A stretch of DNA of 55,617 nucleotides from an uncultured Pseudomonadales bacterium (GCA_964556485.1 CAZKVV010000004.1:1-55617), one strand, 5' to 3'. Numbered from the stretch's first letter, positions 39,383 through 48,235 are shown. Notes: generated from the sequence alone by a model not told the origin. Numbers and translations: made by a program.

Positions 39383-39589
39383 ATGGCAACTGCATTTAGC
39401 TATACCAATGCAAAAGGTCAAACTTACTACTTGCACACTAAAGAGGTAACCCTCAAGAATGGTCGTGTTCAAAGAATTTATTTCTTTGCTCGCGATGTTC
39501 GTGATGGCTCACTTGCTGCAGTTCCAGCTGGTTACGAAGTGATGGAAACCAAGAGAACAAATATGCCAGTTTTGAAGAGAAGTAAGTAA
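39383..39589 (+). CDS. Small basic conserved hypothetical protein (68 aa)
   Basis: SD AAAGGAG, own promoter and terminator; YTNAKGQTYYLH..RIYFF pattern. Confidence 0.8.
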   Translation: MATAFSYTNAKGQTYYLHTKEVTLKNGRVQRIYFFARDVRDGSLAAVPAGYEVMETKRTNMPVLKRSK

Positions 39590-39610
39590 ACTTTTCGTTA
39601 CATTTGATAG

Positions 39611-39644
39611 AGAGCCCCTCAGAGCAAAGCTCTGGGGGGCTTTT
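39611..39644 (+). terminator. Intrinsic terminator
   Basis: AGAGCCCCTCAGAGC-AAA-GCTCTGGGGGGCTTTT. Confidence 0.88.
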
Positions 39645-39671
39645 GGGTAAGATGCATTGTAGAATAAGCAT

Positions 39672-40010
39672 ATGCAGTTTACTCAAAAAGAAGTCTGGCA
39701 GCGGTTAGAAACAGTGATAGATCCCGAGCTATTCATTGATGTGGTGAGTTTGGGTTTGGTGTATTCAGTAGAAGTTCGAGAAGTCCAAGGTCCGAATGGA
39801 CCACAACCTTGGGTTCATATTGTCTTCACACTTACCACTCCTGGATGCCCGTTAGCTGGCGCATTTGATGGAATGTTGCGAACAGCGCTGGAAGGTTTGC
39901 CAGAGCTAGATGTAGTTAGAGATGTTACTATAGAGTTAACTTTCGACCCACCATGGGTGATTGATATGATGACGGAAGAAGCCCGAGCAGAACTGGGTTT
40001 TGACACATAA
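39672..40010 (+). CDS. DUF59/SufT (MIP18/PaaD-like) Fe-S maturation protein
   Basis: VIDPEL..DVVSLGLVY, TLTTPGCP, FDPPW. Confidence 0.92.
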   Translation: MQFTQKEVWQRLETVIDPELFIDVVSLGLVYSVEVREVQGPNGPQPWVHIVFTLTTPGCPLAGAFDGMLRTALEGLPELDVVRDVTIELTFDPPWVIDMMTEEARAELGFDT

Positions 40011-40041
40011 AAATTGGTTACTAAAATTGATAAATATAATT

Positions 40042-40509
40042 ATGCAAAAAATATATATTGGAGCTGATCATCGCGGTTACGCACTTAAACATGAACTTGC
40101 TACATCTTTGCAGCAAGAAGGGCATGAAGTTGAAGACTTAGGTAATACGGTGCTCAATGCGCATGATGATTATGTTGAGTTTGCGCAAAAAGTGGCGAGA
40201 AGTGTTGTAGCAGATACCCAAAGTTTGGGAATTGTTATTTGTGGTTCTGGAATTGGCGTGAGCGTAGTTGCAAACAAGGTGACATCTGTGAGATGCGCAT
40301 TGGTAACAAACCTAGAACAGGCGCACCATGCTCGAGAGAGTGATAATTGTAATGTAATTGCCCTAGCTGCAGACACGACAACTGCTGCAGATGCTAAAGA
40401 ATTTGTTGCACAATTTATAAAAACTGAGTATGTAGTTGAAGAACGAAGAGAAAGACGACTAGTGCAAATTTCAGTACTCGAAGAACAAGAAAGAACACGA
40501 AACGCATGA
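40042..40509 (+). CDS. rpiB: Ribose-5-phosphate isomerase B family
   Basis: GADHRG, DDY, ICGSGIG, ANK. Confidence 0.92.
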   Translation: MQKIYIGADHRGYALKHELATSLQQEGHEVEDLGNTVLNAHDDYVEFAQKVARSVVADTQSLGIVICGSGIGVSVVANKVTSVRCALVTNLEQAHHARESDNCNVIALAADTTTAADAKEFVAQFIKTEYVVEERRERRLVQISVLEEQERTRNA

Positions 40510-41174
40510 CAATTATTCCAAGTATTCTCACTGATAGCCAGGAAATTTTTGCAAGTCAGCTTGCAGAAATAGTAGAGCTTGCTGATGTGTGTGAAACGCT
40601 GCAAATAGACATTATTGATGGCGAGTTTGCCGATAATGTGACAGTGACACCCTTAGATTTGCCGCAGTTTGCGTTTGGTGAGTTGCAGTTGGATTTGCAC
40701 CTTATGACGATTGAACCTCTCGATTATGTGTATGAACTAAAGAATGTTTCAGAAGAATTGAACATTAGGGCTGTAATTGCGCAGGTTGAGAAAATGACTT
40801 CACAAGAGCACTTTGTTGAAGAGGTGAAGAAAAATAATTGGTTGCCAGGATTATCACTCAATCCATTCACTCCGCTTTCAAGCATTGCTACAAGTGTTTG
40901 GGAAGACCTGAGGGTATTGCAGATAATGGGAGTTGAGGCTGGTTTTCAGGGACAACCATTTATTGAACAGAGTATGTTGCTCGTCAAAGAAGCGCGATCA
41001 TACATAAATGAACACGGTTATGAAATTGAGTTGATTGTTGATGGTGGTGTCAAACCAGAGAGAGTGGTTCAACTAGAGGAATTTGGCGCAGATGCTATTT
41101 CAATTGGAAGCTCATTATTTGATGCTCCATCTGTGGCTGCAGGATTAGAAACATTTGAAGAAATATTAGGATAG
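40506..41174 (+). CDS. rpe: Ribulose-phosphate 3-epimerase family
   Basis: IPSIL, QIDIIDG, DLHLM, MGVEAGFQGQ, VDGGV. Confidence 0.88.
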   Translation: MTIIPSILTDSQEIFASQLAEIVELADVCETLQIDIIDGEFADNVTVTPLDLPQFAFGELQLDLHLMTIEPLDYVYELKNVSEELNIRAVIAQVEKMTSQEHFVEEVKKNNWLPGLSLNPFTPLSSIATSVWEDLRVLQIMGVEAGFQGQPFIEQSMLLVKEARSYINEHGYEIELIVDGGVKPERVVQLEEFGADAISIGSSLFDAPSVAAGLETFEEILG

Positions 41175-41180
41175 GACGGT

Positions 41181-41810
41181 ATGAAGACACAAATTAAAGT
41201 TCCTAAGCCACAACAACACTGCACCATCGAAAACATTGCTATTTTTGGAAGCGCAGATGTTGATGAGCAACATCCGCTGTATCAAGAAGTATTTACCATC
41301 GCTCGATATTTGGCATACCATGAATACACCATTGTGAATGGTGGCGGCCCAGGTGTTATGGATGCGGCAACAAGAGGAGCAGAGTCTGCGGGCGGAAATA
41401 CCTTAGTTGTGACATTTTACCCCAAGGATATGCCGGAATTTGAGGGCAGATATGATAAAAATATTGCTGATAAAGAGATTAAAACTGCTAACTATATTGA
41501 GCGCATGTTTGGTCTGATGGAGCATGCGGATGCGTTTATCTGTTTTGAAGGTGGTACGGGGACACTGAGTGAATGGGCTACCGCTTGGTTGTTAGCACAT
41601 CTATACTATGGTAATCATAAACCCTTAATTTTATATGGTGCTTTTTGGCATGAATTGATGAGAGTTGTGAATGACAACTTCTTAATAGGTGAAAAGGAAA
41701 AAAGCGTTTACAAGATTGTTAACAACGAAGATGAGATGATAGCTGCACTGAAAGAATACTCGCTAGAACTTTCGGATAGATGTGGGTTGCCAGTGCGATC
41801 ACTTAAATAA
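41181..41810 (+). CDS. LOG-family nucleotide phosphoribohydrolase
   Basis: IFGS, GGGPGVMDA, ER, EGGTGTLSE. Confidence 0.88.
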   Translation: MKTQIKVPKPQQHCTIENIAIFGSADVDEQHPLYQEVFTIARYLAYHEYTIVNGGGPGVMDAATRGAESAGGNTLVVTFYPKDMPEFEGRYDKNIADKEIKTANYIERMFGLMEHADAFICFEGGTGTLSEWATAWLLAHLYYGNHKPLILYGAFWHELMRVVNDNFLIGEKEKSVYKIVNNEDEMIAALKEYSLELSDRCGLPVRSLK

Positions 41811-41823
41811 TATCCTTAGAAAC

Positions 41824-41852
41824 TTTACTATAGGAGCTTTTTGAGTTATAAT
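41824..41852 (+). promoter_or_regulatory. Sigma70-type promoter
   Basis: TTTACT-N17-TATAAT. Confidence 0.7.
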
Positions 41853-41912
41853 CATTTTTGATTTGCTTAAAGGCTCGTTAATTTTCCCCTTTTTTTTGCA
41901 TGGAGGTGCAAA

Positions 41913-42284
41913 GTGAAAAAAATGACCATGTTACTTTTTGTAACCGCCATTTTTCTTTTTGGGTGTACATCTGGCTTTGAAACAGAGGCTCAGAAAAATG
42001 AAACCGTGTCCGCACCTGTTCTTGCGGGAACAGGGGAAGTATCAGTGATTTATTTTCAGGAAGTGCAGAAAGGTGAATCTGGTTATTATAACCAAGAAGT
42101 CAGTAACAATACTGACTCCACGGTAGTTATTCATGCAATTTCCGTAGTGGCTAATAACGGGGAAATCACCAGAAGCGTCGAGATTCTTCGTCCAGGAGAA
42201 ACATGTACGTTTAATTCCTCAATTTTCCTCAGATATTACGTTTTTGAAGATGGAAAATTGGTTGGATTCTTGAGACCTTCATAG
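41913..42284 (+). CDS. Putative lipoprotein
   Basis: SD GGAGGT, GTG start, lipobox LFGC. Confidence 0.7.
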   Translation: MKKMTMLLFVTAIFLFGCTSGFETEAQKNETVSAPVLAGTGEVSVIYFQEVQKGESGYYNQEVSNNTDSTVVIHAISVVANNGEITRSVEILRPGETCTFNSSIFLRYYVFEDGKLVGFLRPS

Positions 42285-42290
42285 CATTCG

Positions 42291-42326
42291 TATGGGCGAC
42301 CTAAATAGGTCGCCCATATTTCTTTT
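42291..42326 (+). terminator. Intrinsic terminator
   Basis: Perfect 13-bp TATGGGCGACCTA/TAGGTCGCCCATA followed by TTTCTTTT. Confidence 0.88.
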
Positions 42327-42407
42327 GAACCATATTCATAATTTGTTGTACACTTATATACGCAATTGCAGTTGATGTAGTAGTTGCGATGAAAGTGCGC
42401 CTGCCCT

Positions 42408-43343
42408 ATGTATGACATTATCACTATTGGTTCCTCACTTGTAGATATTTTTGTGCAGTCGCACGACTTTTCAATACAAAAATCACATGAAGGATTGATG
42501 TTGTGCCAGTCTTATGGTGAAAAGATCGATGTAGATAGTTTTGTTGTTTGTAGCGGTGGTGGTGGTAGTAACACAGCAGTTGGCTTTGCCCGGATGGGAT
42601 TTAGAGTAGCAACCATTACTGAAACGGGTAAAGATCCATGGGCTGATGTCGTTATAAAAGATTTTCATAACGAAAGTGTTGCAACCAATTTAGTGATTCA
42701 TGAACGAAAAGAAGCTACAGGTGGCTCAGTCATCCTTATTGGAAATGACGGCGGCAGAACAGTGCTTGTTCACCGTGGTGCATCATCATTGCTCGATCCT
42801 AAGGATATTTCGGTTGGAGCACTAAATCAAGCAAAATGGATACACCTTTCTAGCATTTCGGGAAGATTAGATACGCTTAAAACTCTTTTTAATGCGTTAA
42901 AAAAGCGAAGAGGCAAGTCAGTGCTTTCATGGAATCCTGGAAAAAAAGAACTCGAGTTGCTTAGAGAGCGAGAAATTCATTGTTCAGAGGTTCCAGTTGA
43001 AATTTTTATGGTGAATAAAGAAGAATGGCAGCTCTTAGCCGGAGTTCGCGACCAACTTATTGCAACTATTCCGCAGCTAATCATCACAGATGGTGCCAAA
43101 GGCGTTGAGCTCATTTTGGGTGGTGTTCGACACCACTATGTGCCAACGGTTGTTGAGTCTGTCGATGATACTGGTGCGGGCGATGCTTTTATTGTGGGAT
43201 ATGCTTCAGCGCAACTATACGGACAACTTCCAGAGACGGCGGTAGCATGGGCTTCAACTAATTCTCGCAACGTTGTGGGTCATATTGGGTCAAAAAAAGG
43301 ACTTTGCACAAAAGAATATATGGAAAGACACGCAAGTGTGTAA
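42408..43343 (+). CDS. PfkB-family carbohydrate kinase
   Basis: GGGGSNTAVGFARMG, WNPG, ITDG, DDTGAGDAF. Confidence 0.92.
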   Translation: MYDIITIGSSLVDIFVQSHDFSIQKSHEGLMLCQSYGEKIDVDSFVVCSGGGGSNTAVGFARMGFRVATITETGKDPWADVVIKDFHNESVATNLVIHERKEATGGSVILIGNDGGRTVLVHRGASSLLDPKDISVGALNQAKWIHLSSISGRLDTLKTLFNALKKRRGKSVLSWNPGKKELELLREREIHCSEVPVEIFMVNKEEWQLLAGVRDQLIATIPQLIITDGAKGVELILGGVRHHYVPTVVESVDDTGAGDAFIVGYASAQLYGQLPETAVAWASTNSRNVVGHIGSKKGLCTKEYMERHASV

Positions 43344-43355
43344 TAATGAAGAGTG

Positions 43356-43865
43356 ATGAAAAAAGTCTTACTGCCCTCAATTTTATTACTAATTGTTTTA
43401 TTCTTTCCAAGTTCAGCGTTTGCACAGTCGATCGGTATAACTAGTATCGGTGGCGTTCCCACTACAGGAAACATAACGACATGGACTCACCAAGGTTTTA
43501 ACCCATTACTCGTTGGTGTTGCTACGCCTTCCGCAGTCGTGCGTATCGATATTGGTAGCGCAACTGCTTCAACAGCTGCGGCTTCAACAGGTGCATGGCA
43601 GTACAAACCAACCGACCTTGATGCATTGGGTAGTTATTCCGTTTCAGTTTCTTCAGGTGGTCAGAGCATGTTATTTACACTCGGAATAACTGCAACCGCT
43701 TCGGCGACTCCAACTCCTGCAAGTACTGCTAGCGCACAACTTCCAACCGAACTTCCTAAGACAGGTTCTGATGACATTGTATTGTTATTTGTCGGTGGAG
43801 CATTCTTAATATTGACAGGAAGCTACACGGGAGCATATCTTATGGGATTTTTTAGAGAAGAATAG
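43356..43865 (+). CDS. Secreted Ser/Thr-rich protein with an LPxTG sorting motif
   Basis: Signal peptide (AFA|Q), LPKTG at 43752-43766 followed by a TM helix. Confidence 0.7.
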   Translation: MKKVLLPSILLLIVLFFPSSAFAQSIGITSIGGVPTTGNITTWTHQGFNPLLVGVATPSAVVRIDIGSATASTAAASTGAWQYKPTDLDALGSYSVSVSSGGQSMLFTLGITATASATPTPASTASAQLPTELPKTGSDDIVLLFVGGAFLILTGSYTGAYLMGFFREE

Positions 43866-43900
43866 TCAATAACAAAACAATCGCAAGGTTTCCTCAGATT

Positions 43901-44962
43901 ATGAGTGACTACAAACAGGTACTTGAACAAGAGATTCAGCAAATTAAAGATAAGGTTGCAGCCGCGACCGATCTTCCCGAAGAGATGCGCAGTAAGATTG
44001 ATAAAGATATAATTGCGCTTGAACGTAGCGTAGCTGTTGGCAACTACGACGAGAAGTACGAGAAGGTTTCTCGCTATGTTGACTGGATGCTAAAAGTGCC
44101 CTGGAAAAAAGAGTCAGAAGACATTTTGGACGTTCAAAAAACCGCTGCCATCTTCGAAAAGCATCATTTCGGCATGATGGAGGTCAAAGAACGTTTTTTG
44201 GAATACGTTTCAGTGCTTAAACTCAGAAAGCAGAATTTTGGTGATGCGGAGTTTAGAGCCCCAATTTTGCTTTTAGTTGGTTTGGTAGGTACTGGTAAAA
44301 CGACGTTTGCTATTTCTCTGGCTGAAGCGCTGGGTAGGCAGCTTGTTCGCATTCCTTTTGGAGGTATGGGATCAGCCTTAGAACTTCGTGGTAGCTCACG
44401 ATTGAATTTAGAGGCTGAGCCGGGCAAAATTCTCAAGGGCGTATGTGAAGCCGGCGTACGAAATCCCATCATTTTGCTAGATGAAATTGATCGCGGTAGC
44501 GAAGACGCAAACAAAGACATTATGGGCGTTTTGGTTGAGTTACTTGACCCCAATCAGAACGTTGCATTTAGAGATGCCTACGTCGATTTTCCAATTAACC
44601 TTTCACATGCAATTTTTATTGCTACAGCAAACAATACAGTTGCTATTGCAACAGCTGTTATGGACCGTATGGAAAAAATCACCATGCCGTCTTATACCGA
44701 CCAAGAAAAGATAGTTATTGCTCAACGCTATGTGTTGCCGGGTTTGCTGAAAGAGGCCGGACTCAAGCCTGAACAATTAGTAATTAAAGATGAAGTATGG
44801 CCCAATATTACTCGTCCTCTTGGATATGATGCTGGAATTCGTACACTCCAAAGGACTTTGCAAGGTGCAGTGCGCAAAGCTGCCAGATTAATAGTTGAAA
44901 AAGGTTATCCCGTCATTGTAATTAACATGGACAATCGAAAAATATTTTTACCTCAGTACTAA
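43901..44962 (+). CDS. Lon-type AAA+ module without N-domain or protease domain
   Basis: YVDWMLKVPW, HFGMMEVKERFLEY, GLVGTGKT, LLDEID, ELLDPNQN..FRD, ATAN, MDRME, AGIRTL. Confidence 0.9.
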   Translation: MSDYKQVLEQEIQQIKDKVAAATDLPEEMRSKIDKDIIALERSVAVGNYDEKYEKVSRYVDWMLKVPWKKESEDILDVQKTAAIFEKHHFGMMEVKERFLEYVSVLKLRKQNFGDAEFRAPILLLVGLVGTGKTTFAISLAEALGRQLVRIPFGGMGSALELRGSSRLNLEAEPGKILKGVCEAGVRNPIILLDEIDRGSEDANKDIMGVLVELLDPNQNVAFRDAYVDFPINLSHAIFIATANNTVAIATAVMDRMEKITMPSYTDQEKIVIAQRYVLPGLLKEAGLKPEQLVIKDEVWPNITRPLGYDAGIRTLQRTLQGAVRKAARLIVEKGYPVIVINMDNRKIFLPQY

Positions 44963-44999
44963 CTCGGGTGGCATTAGTTGTTCATGGTACGATATCGCT

Positions 45000-45626
45000 A
45001 TGGATTTCATCACGACCATCGACGAATTGCGAGAACATATCGAATCCCAGGCTAATGTGTTGCCACTGGTTGCAAACAAGTTGGAAATTATTCCAGGTGA
45101 AGGCCCACAAACGGCAGAAATAGTTTTTATCGGTGAAGCACCTGGATATCATGAAACAGTTGCGCGGAAGCCGTTTGTTGGTAGGTCTGGGCAGTTGTTT
45201 AGATCTGCGTTGCGTGATGCTGGCTTTGCTGAGACGGATGTATTCATCACTAATATTGTAAAAGCGAGACCGCCTGAAAATAGAGATCCACTTCCCTATG
45301 AAATTGGAGCGTATGCACCATTTTTAGATAAAGAAATCGAGTTGATTTCGCCAAAGCTCATTGTTACTCTCGGCAGATTAAGTATGGCAAAATTTTTACC
45401 AGATGTGAAAATTTCACAAGTTCATGGTCGACTGCACAAAGTCAAGTGGAATGAAGTAAGTCAGTTTGTTCTGCCAATGTATCATCCTGCAGCTGCATTA
45501 AGGGCAACACAAGTAAAGAACTCTTTTCTCTCTGACTTTGGTAAAATAAACAAGATTGTGCAGTGGATAAGGGAACAAAACAGCTCAGCTTTACTTACTG
45601 AAGCCGTCACAGAATACCTCTTTTAG
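45000..45626 (+). CDS. Family-4 uracil-DNA glycosylase lacking Fe-S cysteines
   Basis: GEAPG, PFVGRSG, TNIVKARPPENRDP, HPAA; no Cys. Confidence 0.92.
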   Translation: MDFITTIDELREHIESQANVLPLVANKLEIIPGEGPQTAEIVFIGEAPGYHETVARKPFVGRSGQLFRSALRDAGFAETDVFITNIVKARPPENRDPLPYEIGAYAPFLDKEIELISPKLIVTLGRLSMAKFLPDVKISQVHGRLHKVKWNEVSQFVLPMYHPAAALRATQVKNSFLSDFGKINKIVQWIREQNSSALLTEAVTEYLF

Positions 45627-45634
45627 AAAAAATA

Positions 45635-46438
45635 ATGAAGATTCTTTTACTTTCGATTCCATTCATAACCACTTTGCTTGGTTTTATCATTTATCGTTAT
45701 CAAGATAAAAGGCAGTGGCAGATTTTTAGGTTAGATCTAGTGCAGTTCACTTATTTATTTTTATTTGCACCAACCATTTATGTATGGTCGAAGTCGTTTT
45801 TATTTTATTTGCTTCGCAATGAGCTTAATTTGAGCTTAACTCCCACAGGACTTTTTGTGATTGATACGGTGTACTCGGTGCTTGCCTTTGTTGTGTTTGG
45901 AGCAACAGCTATGCACTCACTTACCAAGACATTTTGGCTGCGACGTCATCATGATCCCAAGTTTGACATTTATAGTTTGTCAGAATATTTTCACCTGTAT
46001 TGGACGCATATAGTTATGTGGAATGGAATAATGATCCTCTTAACCTTTATTGCTTTTGTCAACGTTTTCGTACCATTTGCTGGTGAAAATATGCAAAAAA
46101 CATTTTGGGCAATAATTGTGTTAGGTCTTGCATCTGGTGTAAGTACCTTTATGGGTATTTGGGGTTCAGATCCGGGCCAGGGCAACTTTATGAGATTGAT
46201 GAAACTGTGTTTTATGATGTTCTTTTTCATTCATGTTGTGATGTACTTTGTTTTTGATCCACCATTTAAGTTAGCTCATAGTATGTATTGGTTTTCGTTT
46301 TTCCACTTTTTGGGAGGTGCTGTAGGCGCATTCTTCTTTGAAAAATCGGAAAAAGCTAAGCAAGTTCGAGGATTATGGTTGCATGTAGGTTGGGGGGAGA
46401 ATAAAGATATTCAGCTCTTCCCGTTCAAAAAGAAATAA
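45635..46438 (+). CDS. Multi-pass membrane protein of unknown function
   Basis: About seven hydrophobic helices. Confidence 0.7.
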   Translation: MKILLLSIPFITTLLGFIIYRYQDKRQWQIFRLDLVQFTYLFLFAPTIYVWSKSFLFYLLRNELNLSLTPTGLFVIDTVYSVLAFVVFGATAMHSLTKTFWLRRHHDPKFDIYSLSEYFHLYWTHIVMWNGIMILLTFIAFVNVFVPFAGENMQKTFWAIIVLGLASGVSTFMGIWGSDPGQGNFMRLMKLCFMMFFFIHVVMYFVFDPPFKLAHSMYWFSFFHFLGGAVGAFFFEKSEKAKQVRGLWLHVGWGENKDIQLFPFKKK

Positions 46439-46465
46439 TAGTAGATACAACAAAAAGGATTTTGT

Positions 46466-48130
46466 ATGGACACTTTAAAAATTATTCCACTTGGCGGCAT
46501 GGGTAATGTTACCCAAAATATGTTTGTGTATGAGTATGGAGATGAAATGCTCATCGTTGATTGTGGCATTGGCTTTCCTGATTCATATATGCCAGGTGTT
46601 GATATTCTCATTCCTGACACTTCATACGTGTTAAAAAGAATAGAGCAGGGCGCGCGTATTGTTGGTATGATCTTCAGTCATGGTCATGATGACCATATTG
46701 CTGCAACACCATATATTTTTCCACAGCTGCCTGACGATTTTCCACTTTTTGCCTCTGCATTGACTGCTGGATTTGCTGAGCAGCGAATGATGGATGGAAA
46801 AATTTCAAGATCTGTACAAATCATGGCTGATCTCGAGACATTTTCTATCGGCACTCATTTTTCAGCCTATCTTATTCCAGTTACTCATTCAGTTCCCGAT
46901 ACACGACATGTGGTTATTCAAACTCCAGAGGGAATTGTATATCACGGAAGTGATTTTAAGCTCGATCCAGCCCCAGTTGATGGACAATTGACAGATATGG
47001 CTTCGATCAGAGCACTCAAAGATAAAGATGTGTTGTTAATGCTCGTAGACTGTTTACGTGTTGAAAATAGCGAATGGGTGAAGTCTGAGTCAACAGTGGG
47101 TCCTACTATTCAAAAAATTATGGAGAACACTCAGGGCAAACTGGTAATGACATTGATGAGTTCGCATATTCATCGCATTCAACAAACCCTTGATGCAGCT
47201 GAAAAAGTTGGCAGAAAAGTGGTGTTTATTGGTCGTTCTGTTGAGCAAAATGTCGAAGTTGCTTCGCGTCTGGGTAAGCTCATAATCCCAGTTGGCATGC
47301 AAGTTGATAAAAAGCATCTCGATCAAGTTGCTGATAAAGAACTATGCATCATTATTGCAGGCAGCCAGGGTCAAGAAGGTTCATCTTTGGTGCGAGCAAT
47401 TTACGGAGATCACCCAAGTGTGCATATTAAACCAACGGATACAGTGGTCTTTTCGGCAGATGCGATTCCTGGAAACGAAATTAATTTTTATAGCGCAATC
47501 GACGAACTATCAAGAAATAATGTTAAAGTTATTTATCCAGCAATTATGCCTGACTTGCATCAATCAGGTCACGCAAGTTTGCCAGAGCAAATTGAGTTGG
47601 TTGAAGCAGTTAAACCAAAGTACCTTATGCCAGTTGGTGGTGCAGACAGACATAGAGTGCTGTTTTATCATAAAGTTGCGACTCCACTAGGATACACGCA
47701 AGGAACAACTTTGCTTCCTGAAACGGGTGAGGTGTTGGGATTTAGAGATAGAACCTTCTCGGTTGTTGATTCCATAATGCTTCGACCCCAAATTATTGAT
47801 GGTCTTGGTGTGGGAGACGTGGGTCCTATGGTGCTTTCTGACAGAAGAACACTTGGTCAATCCGGTATAGTCGTAGTAGTCATTCCTCGACGACAACGAG
47901 AGTTTGATCTCAAAAACATGCAGATTATTTCTCGAGGATTTGTGTTCATGCAAGATGCTGAAGAAGTCATCTCTTTTATTGAGCGCGAGGCCGCGAGCGT
48001 AGTGGCCAATCCAGAAGGATATAGCTCGGATGAGCAACTGGTGAAACTGATCGAAAAACGATTAGCGCGAAAACTGTACAAAGTAATTCGTCGTGAACCA
48101 ATGATAGTTCCTGTTATTCTTGATATGTAG
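46466..48130 (+). CDS. rnj: Ribonuclease J
   Basis: PLGGMG, DCG, HGHDDH, THSVPD, DFK, SSHIHRIQQ, GSQGQE, HQSGH. Confidence 0.95.
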   Translation: MDTLKIIPLGGMGNVTQNMFVYEYGDEMLIVDCGIGFPDSYMPGVDILIPDTSYVLKRIEQGARIVGMIFSHGHDDHIAATPYIFPQLPDDFPLFASALTAGFAEQRMMDGKISRSVQIMADLETFSIGTHFSAYLIPVTHSVPDTRHVVIQTPEGIVYHGSDFKLDPAPVDGQLTDMASIRALKDKDVLLMLVDCLRVENSEWVKSESTVGPTIQKIMENTQGKLVMTLMSSHIHRIQQTLDAAEKVGRKVVFIGRSVEQNVEVASRLGKLIIPVGMQVDKKHLDQVADKELCIIIAGSQGQEGSSLVRAIYGDHPSVHIKPTDTVVFSADAIPGNEINFYSAIDELSRNNVKVIYPAIMPDLHQSGHASLPEQIELVEAVKPKYLMPVGGADRHRVLFYHKVATPLGYTQGTTLLPETGEVLGFRDRTFSVVDSIMLRPQIIDGLGVGDVGPMVLSDRRTLGQSGIVVVVIPRRQREFDLKNMQIISRGFVFMQDAEEVISFIEREAASVVANPEGYSSDEQLVKLIEKRLARKLYKVIRREPMIVPVILDM

Positions 48131-48235
48131 AATACTTGAACTGTTTGTTATAGTAAGAACGACATCCTTGACAACACGCGTATTATCCTATAATATTTAT
48201 GTAGATGCGATATTGTTATAGATATATGGAAACTA

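Noticed and set aside
48168-48196. Perfect TTGACA/TATAAT promoter for ftsK
   Set aside because: The spacer is only 15 nt to TATAAT (17 nt to TAATAT), so it is plausible but too ambiguous to annotate.
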